Of a DNA stretch of 53,480 bases, positions 9,870-19,625 are shown piece after piece. The notes beneath the pieces are model-generated. The model was not told the DNA's origin and did no database searches. It saw nothing but the letters and a program-made list of their open reading frames with translations. Location of the stretch: IMG/VR virus record IMGVR_UViG_3300042347_000977, positions 1-53,480 of that record; one strand, written 5' to 3'. The position numbers and the translations under genes were made by a program. This DNA is from a virus. Its lineage: Duplodnaviria; Caudoviricetes. Numbering within the stretch: position 1 is the stretch's first letter; each line of letters begins with the position of its first letter.

Positions 9870-10463
9870 TCAACGACAGAGATTCACCATCTGCGGCTCC
9901 GGGGCGGCGAGACAATCCATGATCGCCCGCGACACATCCCCCACAGGCACCGTGCCAGCCGCAGCCTCCGCGCCAGAATCTCGCCAGAAATACTTGCCGC
10001 CACAGCACTCAAAACGCCTAGTGTAGTCGTGAGGCCCCACCACCACACACGGCCTCACCACCGAATGAGAGACCCCGCTTGCCGCAAGCCACCTTTCACA
10101 CGCCCTCTTTTGAAAACAGTAATTCAAAAAAGCATCGCCATGAGCCACCGATTCAGGCAGCCCAAGAACACAAGTCGTCGAGACAAACACATACCTGCCA
10201 TATTTCGGCAACCACGGCACCGTGTTCTCCAAATGCACAGGCGAGTAGCAGGAGAAATCCACCACCCCATCCACCGGCCCCAGCATACCCAGCCCCATCG
10301 GGCGACTCGCCGCATCGCGATCTATCGCCACATGCTCCAAATCGGGGAAAAGCCCCGGCAGCGTCACCCCGCGATTCGCCAGCACGATCGAGTGCCCCGC
10401 CATGTATCGCTCCACAAAGTCGCGGCCCAGCATCTGCGTGCCGCCCAGCACAAGGATTCTCAT
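9870..10463 (-). CDS. NAD-dependent epimerase/dehydratase (extended SDR)
   Basis: MRILVLGGT..LG Rossmann motif, YVFVST, YxxxK (YCFQK), VRP.VV.GP.D. Confidence 0.85.
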   Translation of the reverse strand: MRILVLGGTQMLGRDFVERYMAGHSIVLANRGVTLPGLFPDLEHVAIDRDAASRPMGLGMLGPVDGVVDFSCYSPVHLENTVPWLPKYGRYVFVSTTCVLGLPESVAHGDAFLNYCFQKRACERWLAASGVSHSVVRPCVVVGPHDYTRRFECCGGKYFWRDSGAEAAAGTVPVGDVSRAIMDCLAAPEPQMVNLCR

Positions 10464-11356
10464 CGCACCACCTCCGAGAGAGGCACAAGAAAATACCTGC
10501 CATAGTCGGGATCCCGATCGATCTGCCAGGGATCACTCTTTTTCCAGCGCTCAAAGAAATCCCCATGCCGCTGCCACCTGGCTCTGTATTCCGCAAGCCT
10601 GCGGTTCACGATATAGCTCGGGCTGCTGTGGAACCACTGCACCATCGCCGAGCGGTTGTAGCGCGCCCCCACAAAGCCATGGTAGGAATCCGGCCCCACT
10701 TCAAAGGCAAAGAGGCTATTATTGTGCGGGAAGATCGTCTTAATGGCATCATGCGTATCATATCTGTCGTAAATCCCCGTGCCGCCACCATCCTGCTCGG
10801 TCAAGCCCTCCGGGTTATTGAAGTAGTAGAGCATCGCCACGCTGCGCAGCACCTTTTGCGTATGCGGTTGCGCCCCCACGGTATCATCCGCGTAGTTGCA
10901 TCCCTGCGTGACCTGCACTGGCCGCGTGCTCGGCAGCACCGAGCACACGCTTAAGTCCAGGTGCGACCACCCGCTCTCCGAAGGAGCCTGCGGCGACCCC
11001 GCATGATAGTGTAGCGAATACGCCGTGTGGTTATTCAGAACTAAAGAGAAAATCCTCGCCACAAAATCCTTCCACCCCTCCCACACAAAAAACTCATACC
11101 CGTCTCGACAATCCCCATCCCGCATCGAGTAGATAAGCGCCTTGTAGAAATTCCCCGACTCGCCCACAGCCCCATGCGGGCGCTCCACGCGCCCGATATA
11201 CTCGGGGAACCTCGCACACATTGCTTGGTAAATATCAGGCCGCAGCAAATCCCGTATCACAAAATGCCGATACGGCGTCTCAAAAAACTCCAGCAACGCA
11301 TCCGGCGAAATATACGGATGCACCACCCCGCCACCTACACTGCTTAGAGGAATCAT
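10460..11356 (-). CDS. 2OG-Fe(II) oxygenase (prolyl-hydroxylase-like)
   Basis: PY.HFVI.D.L, HxD (HLD), LYY.N....DGGGT, distal H (SYHGF) and R.(S)....W. Confidence 0.85.
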   Translation of the reverse strand: MIPLSSVGGGVVHPYISPDALLEFFETPYRHFVIRDLLRPDIYQAMCARFPEYIGRVERPHGAVGESGNFYKALIYSMRDGDCRDGYEFFVWEGWKDFVARIFSLVLNNHTAYSLHYHAGSPQAPSESGWSHLDLSVCSVLPSTRPVQVTQGCNYADDTVGAQPHTQKVLRSVAMLYYFNNPEGLTEQDGGGTGIYDRYDTHDAIKTIFPHNNSLFAFEVGPDSYHGFVGARYNRSAMVQWFHSSPSYIVNRRLAEYRARWQRHGDFFERWKKSDPWQIDRDPDYGRYFLVPLSEVVR

Positions 11357-11384
11357 ACACCGCCAGAACGAGCGGTCAACAGAG

Positions 11385-12461
11385 TTAATTCAGCCCCGCA
11401 CCTTCACCATCCTCGGGATCGTCTCCAGCCCGCACGACATAGGCGGCGCAGCCCTTGGGATCGGCCACATTGTCCTCCACATCGAATTGGCCTATACGCA
11501 CACGGAGCATGAATTCATAGCCCTCTGGCAGCGAATCGAGCGGCGCAGCCACAGCCTTATCATAGACCTTTGCATAGCCTTCAAAACCGAGATCGTTTCG
11601 ATAAGGGTCCGCGATGGTCGTGCCATCGGGGAGCGTGCGTTCTTTTTCACCCCAGTTTTTGAGCCAGATGCCGAGCGCGTTCATCGACTTCATCTCCGTG
11701 AGGTGTATCTGCTCCTCCAGCATGGGCGGCAACCAGGTAAAACTTTCAATATTCGGCCCCACAGGCGCGCGAAAGGTGAGCGCCCGCGTGCCGCTGGCCG
11801 TGGCAGCGCGGCTTAATACAAGCGTTTTAGCCGCAAGATCGATCGATCTCACATAAGTCGTGCCATCGAGCCCCACAGGAATGCCAGTTCCAGTCACGAC
11901 CATGCGATAAGCCACCTCGCCTAACTGCGGATCGGTGATCTGCACGGTCTTGGAGCCACTGGTAAGCACAGCATTCATCGTAAGCTCAAAGGCTGGCGCG
12001 GTTGAATTGCTTCGCATGCCGATCTCAAAGATCACGCTCCATACAGCAGAGGTATTGTTCCCAAAGAGGCGGAAATAGAAGAGCCGATCCAACTCGAAAG
12101 TATTGCCGATAGGGAAAGTCGTGCCAGTAAAGGAAAAGTTATAGACCGTGCGCTCGAAACTCTCGGGATAGAAAGAGGTCGTTCCCGCCTTGTTGCGCAC
12201 CTGGTAGTAGAGACGCCCATCGCTGCCGAAGATATCGCCCTGTTGCATCTTTCGCGCAGGCCACTTCCCCGTGGCAGGCAGCACGATAGGGGTAGGCATC
12301 TGGTTTTTGAAGACACGCCCCTTAGCGCCCCCCGCCTGGGGCAATGCAGCCGCCCCGTCCACCACCGGCACATCCTCCACCTCGGCATCGTGTATGGCAG
12401 GCAGCAGCCCCAGTGCAGGCGAGGGCAACATGGCCACTTCCTTGAGAGAATTGATAATCAT
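11385..12461 (-). CDS. Tail tip/baseplate protein, paralogue of the C-terminal domain of 12458..15535
   Basis: LLPAIH..F.N...P..LPA..FGSDGR.YY..TTS.YP..ER and LRVRIGQFDVED are shared with the upstream protein. Confidence 0.65.
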   Translation of the reverse strand: MIINSLKEVAMLPSPALGLLPAIHDAEVEDVPVVDGAAALPQAGGAKGRVFKNQMPTPIVLPATGKWPARKMQQGDIFGSDGRLYYQVRNKAGTTSFYPESFERTVYNFSFTGTTFPIGNTFELDRLFYFRLFGNNTSAVWSVIFEIGMRSNSTAPAFELTMNAVLTSGSKTVQITDPQLGEVAYRMVVTGTGIPVGLDGTTYVRSIDLAAKTLVLSRAATASGTRALTFRAPVGPNIESFTWLPPMLEEQIHLTEMKSMNALGIWLKNWGEKERTLPDGTTIADPYRNDLGFEGYAKVYDKAVAAPLDSLPEGYEFMLRVRIGQFDVEDNVADPKGCAAYVVRAGDDPEDGEGAGLN

Positions 12462-15400
12462 ATTTGTTCCACAATAATCTGCGTTTCAGGCATAAACACT
12501 CCCACCTGCCCCGTCGGCGCAGGCGAGCTGTCATCCACATCCCACTGCGCCAAGCGCACCGTGAGCAGGAAGTCCCCGGCAGGAATGTCCGGCCCGATGG
12601 AGTCCACCCCATAGTCGGTGTATTGGCTGGTTCCTCGCAGCACGCTCTGGCCACCCTCAGTCACGATGGCTCGCCTGAGCTTGAGGGCAAATTGCCGCGT
12701 CTCGGAGACGCCTCGCGAAAAGGCGATGCGCGGCGCTGCGAGAAGCACAGGCGTGCCCAGCGCCCCCACATTCACCCCCGTCGTCGCTGGCACAGCAGCA
12801 TCCGGCATCGGCGTAGCCTCTACGAGCATGATGTAATTCGCTCCGCCCATCACAACCTCGGTGCTAAAAGAAAGATCGAGACTCCAAGCCAGAGCCAACT
12901 CGGAGCCGGTCGGGAACTGCGAGGCGCGCACGCCCACACGCATCAAATCTCGTTCCATTTCGATTGGGTGGTAGCTGGTTGTTTCCCCCACACGCCGCAA
13001 CGCATAGATAGCTCGCCCATCACCTCCGAAATACCCGCTCACAGGCACAGACTGCGCCTTGCGACCTCCACCAGCGGGAAGAGACAGCGGAACGGTGCCC
13101 GTATTGCGATACACGATCCCAGCCGCCGTTGCGACTGTTGGCACGCTGGCAATATCCAGCGCCGCCGCGCTGTGAATTGCGGGGAGGAGCATTGGGTATT
13201 TCCCATTTCGCAGTGCAGGATACATGATCGGCCCCTTGGTCTTTACAGTCACAGGAGTCACGGTGGTCGTGGTGCCCGTCGAGGTGGTGGTCGTGGAAGT
13301 CTGATTCGTTGTTGTCTCCGTAATGGTTCCGAATTGCTGGATTGCGATTTTCGAGATCACATTGGTTTTCTTTTGCTCGGCCTCTTGAATAGCTTGAGCT
13401 TTCACCTCTTCGGCGGCCTTTGCGGCAGCCGCCTGCACAGCAGCCACCTGGGCAGCAGCCTCGGCCTTAACCCGCAGTATCTCGGCCTCCATCGCCTTCT
13501 TCTGCTCGTCCAAATCTGTCCCCGACACCACCGCAGGCGGGGTATTCTTGCTCTGCGAACCTACGACCTGCGAAGCCAGCGACACGGTATCGCCCTCGCT
13601 ACCCTCCAGCGTGATGTCAGGCAGGATTTCACCCACAGGAGGGATCTGGACTTTCCTTTTTTCCTTCCCGCTGGGAAGGCCCAGCACATTATCGCGCGGA
13701 AGGAGAGCTTCCAGCCGCCCGATACGCCTGGTAAAATCCTCCAGAATAATCCTCAAAGACTCCGCGACATGACCACCCTCGGAAACCGTCTTGATCTGGT
13801 CAATAGGGTGCGTATGCGCCGTGAAGACGCTCTCCTCGCCGTAGCCGATCACCACCACTACCAAGGAATTTGCCGCATAAGATGCCGTGAATTGCAGCGA
13901 GATCGAGTTCGGGGAGAGAAATCTCAGCGTGTATTCATTATCTTGCAGTTGCCGCCCATCGTCCTTGTTCTCCCTCACGGCCACAGCGACCACGCCCCCG
14001 CCATTCCCACCGAGATTATGGTCGATTACGAAGTCTGTGCCACCACCGATCACCGCAGTATAAGCCGCCTGCTGGCCTGTCAGAACCTGAGTTGCCGCAA
14101 ATGGCACATAATCCACAGGAGAGGGCTGGCGCTGCCAGTTTATCGGAGGCCGCACGGCGGCTCCATCCCACAGCATATTGCGAGTTATCGTGGCATTTGT
14201 CTTCCAGAGCTTTATCTGAGTCGTGCCCTGTGTCGGGTCTTTCGGATCCACCCAAGTCGTCACATCCACCTCGAAGGGGAGCGTCACACTCTCTCGCGAT
14301 TGGAGCATGTGCGCCAGATCAGCGTTGTTCAGATCAAGCGTGAAGACATAATCCGGAGGCGGCGCGGAATATACTGAGATGTCGAGATCCTCTACATCGT
14401 ATCCAGCAAAAGCCCCCGTGAACTCAATGTGAGCCACATTGTTATTGGGATTTGTAACCTTCACTGTCGCCCCCTCATCGGCGAGCAAGTTATTCAAAAT
14501 CGTGGTGAGCGCGTTGATGCCATCGGCCTTGCTGGCAAGCGATGAGCGCTTTTGCTTGGAAGTGCGCTGAAATTGATATGCCCCCTCAAAATCTGTCGGC
14601 ACGGCCAGAGCCTGTATAGTATTCCAGATCACAGGGGGGAACCCTGAGCGACCCCCAGCCTGGATTTTTGTAATCGTAGGCGACGGCGGCAACTTGCGAG
14701 TTGTCCAGTCTGTGAAGACCACAGGAGCCTGCTCCAGCTTGATCTCGTATTCATGCCCGCTGGGATTTACGCCCCCCGCAAGGAACACCTCCGGCTGAGC
14801 AGAGGGATTCGAGGATCCATCCCCCAAAGCAACCACAACCAACTCGTTCGCAGCAGTATGTGTCTCGATAGCTCCCTTGATAGCCGCCGCAGCAGTGTTT
14901 TCTGATAGCCTAACAGTTATTTTGCTACCAGCGACAGTGACCAAGAGCGGCTGCCCAGCGCTTGGAGCGACATACTGCACAGAAACGGCATTCCCCAGCT
15001 CACCAACCGCCTTGGCTATAAAAGTCAGTGCGCCTATAGATACTCGCGCCTTTTTCTCAGGGAACCTCCTTCCGCCAAGAACTTTTCCGTATGCCGTAGG
15101 CCTTAACCCCTCCGGAATCACCGAGAGCGACACAGGCCCTTCATCCACAAGCCGCAAAACCAAACCCGCATCACCTTGGTCGCAAATAAAATCCGCAGGC
15201 CGCGCAGGCAAGGAATTGAGAGCCGCCTCCACCTCCATCGGGTCGGCATTCCAATCCAGCCTGCCAGTTGTATTCGAGGCACTTGAAGGCGCGTTGCCAA
15301 CCTTTATTTTATACCACCCGCTCTCGGGAGACGCCCCCTCGCGCCCCACCGCCGCCCGCAGGTTCAAAATCGGCAGCGCGGTCTCCGAGAGCGCTCCAGC

Positions 15401-15535
15401 GGAATCCCTCTGGAGAAATCGCACCGCATACGACACACTCTGCCCAGCCACCCATTTGAAATTCACAGGCGATCCCGTCGATCCCGTCGCCTCGCGTGTG
15501 CTGAGATTCGCGTAAATATACTCGTTCGAAGCCAT
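12458..15535 (-). CDS. Large tail tip / central fibre protein
   Basis: ~1025 aa downstream of the tape measure and hub genes. Adaptor-like segments, I.HNLG motif, coiled coil, Thr-rich linker. Confidence 0.7.
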   Translation of the reverse strand: MASNEYIYANLSTREATGSTGSPVNFKWVAGQSVSYAVRFLQRDSAGALSETALPILNLRAAVGREGASPESGWYKIKVGNAPSSASNTTGRLDWNADPMEVEAALNSLPARPADFICDQGDAGLVLRLVDEGPVSLSVIPEGLRPTAYGKVLGGRRFPEKKARVSIGALTFIAKAVGELGNAVSVQYVAPSAGQPLLVTVAGSKITVRLSENTAAAAIKGAIETHTAANELVVVALGDGSSNPSAQPEVFLAGGVNPSGHEYEIKLEQAPVVFTDWTTRKLPPSPTITKIQAGGRSGFPPVIWNTIQALAVPTDFEGAYQFQRTSKQKRSSLASKADGINALTTILNNLLADEGATVKVTNPNNNVAHIEFTGAFAGYDVEDLDISVYSAPPPDYVFTLDLNNADLAHMLQSRESVTLPFEVDVTTWVDPKDPTQGTTQIKLWKTNATITRNMLWDGAAVRPPINWQRQPSPVDYVPFAATQVLTGQQAAYTAVIGGGTDFVIDHNLGGNGGGVVAVAVRENKDDGRQLQDNEYTLRFLSPNSISLQFTASYAANSLVVVVIGYGEESVFTAHTHPIDQIKTVSEGGHVAESLRIILEDFTRRIGRLEALLPRDNVLGLPSGKEKRKVQIPPVGEILPDITLEGSEGDTVSLASQVVGSQSKNTPPAVVSGTDLDEQKKAMEAEILRVKAEAAAQVAAVQAAAAKAAEEVKAQAIQEAEQKKTNVISKIAIQQFGTITETTTNQTSTTTTSTGTTTTVTPVTVKTKGPIMYPALRNGKYPMLLPAIHSAAALDIASVPTVATAAGIVYRNTGTVPLSLPAGGGRKAQSVPVSGYFGGDGRAIYALRRVGETTSYHPIEMERDLMRVGVRASQFPTGSELALAWSLDLSFSTEVVMGGANYIMLVEATPMPDAAVPATTGVNVGALGTPVLLAAPRIAFSRGVSETRQFALKLRRAIVTEGGQSVLRGTSQYTDYGVDSIGPDIPAGDFLLTVRLAQWDVDDSSPAPTGQVGVFMPETQIIVEQI

Positions 15536-15553
15536 CAAGCCACACCGCGAGCG

Positions 15554-15739
15554 TCAACTCGGCTCTGGCAGCGAAATTTCGGCTTCAAAGTAGGCCGGAT
15601 CAAAGCCTGAAGGAGACGATCCAGACCATCCGCTATCGACCCATTGATCAAAAAAAGGGAACTGCGGGTCCATATTCGCAGGCGGGCGCATGGCTGCAAG
15701 AAATTCAATGATTTGCTGCTGCTTTTTATCCAAACTCAT
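15554..15739 (-). CDS. Small hypothetical tail-region protein
   Basis: ATG at 15739 overlaps the TGA of the upstream gene; MSLDKKQQQ...DPQFPFF. Confidence 0.5.
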   Translation of the reverse strand: MSLDKKQQQIIEFLAAMRPPANMDPQFPFFDQWVDSGWSGSSPSGFDPAYFEAEISLPEPS

Positions 15740-16845
15740 ATTGTCCAAAACCTCCCCTCTGGAACAGTCGCATTAAACAACCCTGCCGTAATCTCGTTAA
15801 TCTGGCTATCCATAGCCGCCTTGGTGGCGAGAGGCGCTACAGTATACCTTCCAATTAGCGGCAATAAACTTAAGTCACTCCCGATCTGCGCCCGGTTATT
15901 GGGAGCAATGCTTTTCCACCGATATTCCAAATTCCAAAAAGTATGATGCTTCACATAAGGGACCCACGCTTCATTAACCACTGGGTTCCCCTTATCATCA
16001 ACCGCCGGGTCTTCAGGGGAGAGAAGGTAAACGGTTGCGATTTTCCACAAGTCCATTCCATTGTCCTCAACAATACCCCTGCGCCTCTGAGCATCACTAG
16101 GCTTGTCAGGCATACCTCCGACCATCAACCTTGCACGCATACCTATCAAATCCAGCATTGCAAAATCATACATAATATTGAATTGAACAGGAGTCGTGAA
16201 ATCACCTGGCAACTGGACTTCCATTTTATGCGTAGGCCTGGCGCATTGCAGGTAGATTGATGTGCTGGCAACATATCTCGGATTAGTCGGAGCTTCCGAA
16301 ATCGTCATACTCATCGTGCTCTCGCTCCGACCAGTAACACTTATCCCACCCCCACCACCAACAGCCCCCAAGTCAGTTAATGCGGCAGGAATTCCTCTGC
16401 TCACAAAAATAAAACCATAGAGTGGAATCAGCGGCCCATCGAGCAAGCCAGCATCATCCTTGATATCCACCGGATCACCTCCACTCAGGAGATCGCTCGA
16501 TGTTTCCTTCTGCCCGATAGTAATCTTCGGCGCTCCTGGCACGACAGGATCTATTCCATTTACGAAGCCCGGATTCACCACAGCGGCAAATCCAGCAATC
16601 GGCTCATCTCTATTGTTTTTCAGCGTTCCAGACTCTTTTGTGAAGTAGGCTACCGTGGTATACCAGGGATGAACCCACTTTTGCGGCGAGTCGAGGCTGT
16701 AGAGGATGCGGTCGCCGAGCTTGCGCTCACGCACCTGCACCCCATCGTGGGTGTAAAAGATGTTTTTCTTACCATACGAACGCGCACCGACCCCAAAGCC
16801 GGAATCCACCGTATTTTTCCCCTTTTTCCTTGGTCGAAGAATCAT
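15736..16845 (-). CDS. Tail/baseplate protein (paralogue group B)
   Basis: V.PGFVNG.DP motif is shared with the two upstream genes. Confidence 0.6.
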   Translation of the reverse strand: MILRPRKKGKNTVDSGFGVGARSYGKKNIFYTHDGVQVRERKLGDRILYSLDSPQKWVHPWYTTVAYFTKESGTLKNNRDEPIAGFAAVVNPGFVNGIDPVVPGAPKITIGQKETSSDLLSGGDPVDIKDDAGLLDGPLIPLYGFIFVSRGIPAALTDLGAVGGGGGISVTGRSESTMSMTISEAPTNPRYVASTSIYLQCARPTHKMEVQLPGDFTTPVQFNIMYDFAMLDLIGMRARLMVGGMPDKPSDAQRRRGIVEDNGMDLWKIATVYLLSPEDPAVDDKGNPVVNEAWVPYVKHHTFWNLEYRWKSIAPNNRAQIGSDLSLLPLIGRYTVAPLATKAAMDSQINEITAGLFNATVPEGRFWTI

Positions 16846-17354
16846 AGTGCAGCAAAGTAGTGAAAACGCCCCTCATTTCCAGTAAAGTGCATATAGTCGA
16901 AGTAGGCCACTTGCCCGAGCACGCCGGACTTTGAGTAAGTCGCGATCGGGTGCAGCCAGTATTCATTGCCATACGAGTGCGCTTGCCGCGTCCCCTTGGA
17001 AATCACAATCGTCAAATCCTCCTCACCCGGAGGCGTAATCATCTTGCCAGTCGCGAGATCAACTCTTATCTTGATACAGACATAACAACGCCGGAATTTG
17101 TCAAACTCCAGATTACCCTCGATTTGCGGCTGGCCGCCTTGCAAAGTGCGCCCATCAGCGCCAGTGCCACTGATCGGCCTGCCATTCACAATCGGCTCAT
17201 AGCCATTCACCGTGCCACGACCCACAGTGACAATGAGCTTGTCATTCCCCTCCTTCTTCTTCGGCCTTCCCATCAAATCCTTCTCGACCATATTCGACCC
17301 CTTCACTCCATTCAGCCCGCCACGAACCTCCCATGCTCCTGTGAATTTTTTCAT
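16842..17354 (-). CDS. Tail/baseplate protein (paralogue group B)
   Basis: VTVGRGTVNGYEP.VNG.PISG and W.HPIA..S..G...QVAYFDY; TAATG overlap with the upstream stop. Confidence 0.65.
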   Translation of the reverse strand: MKKFTGAWEVRGGLNGVKGSNMVEKDLMGRPKKKEGNDKLIVTVGRGTVNGYEPIVNGRPISGTGADGRTLQGGQPQIEGNLEFDKFRRCYVCIKIRVDLATGKMITPPGEEDLTIVISKGTRQAHSYGNEYWLHPIATYSKSGVLGQVAYFDYMHFTGNEGRFHYFAAL

Positions 17355-18055
17355 TAGGATGTCCACCTCCATGCCTCCCGGCCATAAGTAGTAGCACCGG
17401 AAGAAACCGTCATATCAGTCTTATACAACTCCTGTTCAATTTCTAAAATATCTGCTATCGTCTGGAAATTAGCCTTAGACAAAGATGTTCTATGCCGCCA
17501 TTGGCTATCCCCGCTTTTCTTGTAAGCCTTGTAGGAAATGTCGAAATACGCAAACTGCGCCACCTTGCCGTATTGGGAAATCGAAGCAATCGGGTAGAAC
17601 CAGTTGCTACCAATAGACTTGCCCGATATGCCGCGATTTATCTCGATCGTTACAGAGCTTGTCGGCACGCCGCGCAGACCGGCTGGCTGGCCCGATAGCA
17701 CATCAAGCTTGCCCTCCTTGTTTGGCGTGATCTTCAAGCACACCCATGCCGGAGCCCCGGCAAATGACAGATACGGCTGCCCCGAGGCCACAGGCTCCCC
17801 ATCCAGCACACCGCTTATCGGCACGCCACCGATCGTAGGCTCCATCTCATTCACATACCCCCTATCCACCGTGACGCGGAAGTTCCCACTCGCGCCCTCC
17901 GACTTGAGGCGCACCCACCAAGATCCCTCAAATTTTTGCTGTGTGCCACGAGTCGCCAGCAGTTGCCGCCCAGAGATTTTCTTGAGTTCCATGCCATCCG
18001 CCACATCCACATGGAGAGGCTTAGCCTTACGAGGCAGGATGAGGAGCGGGATCAT
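17354..18055 (-). CDS. Tail/baseplate protein (paralogue group B)
   Basis: VTVDRGYVNEMEP.IGG.PISG and W.YPIA..S..G...QFAYFDI. Confidence 0.65.
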   Translation of the reverse strand: MIPLLILPRKAKPLHVDVADGMELKKISGRQLLATRGTQQKFEGSWWVRLKSEGASGNFRVTVDRGYVNEMEPTIGGVPISGVLDGEPVASGQPYLSFAGAPAWVCLKITPNKEGKLDVLSGQPAGLRGVPTSSVTIEINRGISGKSIGSNWFYPIASISQYGKVAQFAYFDISYKAYKKSGDSQWRHRTSLSKANFQTIADILEIEQELYKTDMTVSSGATTYGREAWRWTS

Positions 18056-18885
18056 GCGGTAGCCCCCATGGGTGATTGGCTGTTGCCGCCCAATCCAGGC
18101 GAGCTTGAGCTATTGCTATTACTAAACGAGTAGTCCTCGTCATACATAGGATCAGCCCAGCCCAGCACCCCTCCGTAGCGCCATGTCTTCGACTCGTATT
18201 GCTGCGTTCCCGCCCGGCGCACAGTATGAGATATAAGCAACCATGCGCGGCGACCAGTCGGCTTGGAGACATCGACAAACTTGAAAGCGATATCGGCTCC
18301 ACCCTTGCCAATCGGCTTTTGCTCTTCTCCATCCCTTCGAGAGTATCCCAGGCCATCGATCTGGTTGAACGACATATTGGAGCTTGGCTCGATCGTATCG
18401 CAACTCATCGTCACGCTCGGCACCAGAAAGTCGGTCGTGCCATAGTATGTGTTCTTAGCACCATTTATCATTCTCGGGAAATCCACCTCGCCATCGCGTA
18501 GAACCCCGCCGCCCACCTCCATGATCTGCATGAGATTGGGATGCGTTGTCAGAGGAGCCTGCATGAGCGAGACATCCATGCTCCACTGCGACTTCGTATC
18601 GCTGATCTGCCGATCTGTTGGCGAATCCGGGATCTCCTTGCCCGCACGGAATACCCACACAACACGCGTTGCCGTGCCGAGATTTTGCCTACGATACCCC
18701 TCCAGCACAGGAGTCACATCACCAAAATCCACAAAATCACCCACATTGGGATCACTCGGTTTGGTAAACCCGTCGGTGAGCGCGAAGCAAGATATCTCCA
18801 CCTCCAGTATCCCTGGCTTGCGCCATGAGATGCTATCCAGCTTATACGGGATCGACCGCGCATCGGGAGATACCACAGGTTTCAT
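18052..18885 (-). CDS. Tail hub/distal-tail-like protein (paralogue group A)
   Basis: Q.P..THPN...KN.YYG..DFL.P motif. Confidence 0.6.
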   Translation of the reverse strand: MKPVVSPDARSIPYKLDSISWRKPGILEVEISCFALTDGFTKPSDPNVGDFVDFGDVTPVLEGYRRQNLGTATRVVWVFRAGKEIPDSPTDRQISDTKSQWSMDVSLMQAPLTTHPNLMQIMEVGGGVLRDGEVDFPRMINGAKNTYYGTTDFLVPSVTMSCDTIEPSSNMSFNQIDGLGYSRRDGEEQKPIGKGGADIAFKFVDVSKPTGRRAWLLISHTVRRAGTQQYESKTWRYGGVLGWADPMYDEDYSFSNSNSSSSPGLGGNSQSPMGATA

Positions 18886-19625
18886 GCGTCGTATTTCGCC
18901 CCCTGGATACCACCTTTATAGACCTCTCTCGGCCAACCTCCCCACTGACTCCGCCAAGCCTTGCGCTCGATTCGGTCTATACCAACTACGGTGAATGATT
19001 TATCTGTCAAAATCCAATCGGCCTTCGATCCCTCGGCATCTGCTGCAAAAAATGAAAACCCAGCCGGTATATCCACATACCCCACCTCATTAAGCTGCGA
19101 GAAATCCATCGGGAATTCGCTATATCCGATCTCTACCGACACCTCCACCTGCGGCGCCAGGAAGCTTCGCACGCCAAACATCGGGTTTTTAATCGCCTTC
19201 TTCTCATCGCCATCCGGGTCTTGTATGTAGCGAGGCCACACCACACGATCCCCTGTCACCACACTGCCATTGTAGCGTTTTTTGATAGCAGGGAAATTCG
19301 GGTGGCGCTGTATATCTTGCTGGCCCAAGACCGTATTCATACCCCATTGCTCCTGGTAGTTTTCCTTATGCCTGTCAGTAGGCGACTTGGGAATGTTTCT
19401 TGCCATGCGATATGTAAAATACCGCATTCTCACCCCATCATTTACGACCACCCGCGACCCCGTGAGCGTGGCTTGGAAGTCCGTAAAATCCGCCAACCGG
19501 GGAGCCGTGGCATTAGCGCCAGGGCTCTCTTGCTGCGAAAGCGTGATCTCCACCGAAGCAGGCTTGCGCCATGCAATACTCACCAATTTCGCGGATTCGC
19601 TCGTATTTCCATTGACTCTAAGCAT
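18882..19625 (-). CDS. Tail hub/distal-tail-like protein (paralogue group A)
   Basis: SI.WRKP, P.SPTDR, Q.DI.RHPNF...KNPMFGVRSFLAP. Confidence 0.6.
   Translation of the reverse strand: MLRVNGNTSESAKLVSIAWRKPASVEITLSQQESPGANATAPRLADFTDFQATLTGSRVVVNDGVRMRYFTYRMARNIPKSPTDRHKENYQEQWGMNTVLGQQDIQRHPNFPAIKKRYNGSVVTGDRVVWPRYIQDPDGDEKKAIKNPMFGVRSFLAPQVEVSVEIGYSEFPMDFSQLNEVGYVDIPAGFSFFAADAEGSKADWILTDKSFTVVGIDRIERKAWRSQWGGWPREVYKGGIQGAKYDA

Noticed and set aside
12464-14377. 637-aa plus-strand ORF
   Set aside because: Shadow of the tail protein gene; His/Arg-rich composition typical of GC-rich antisense frames.
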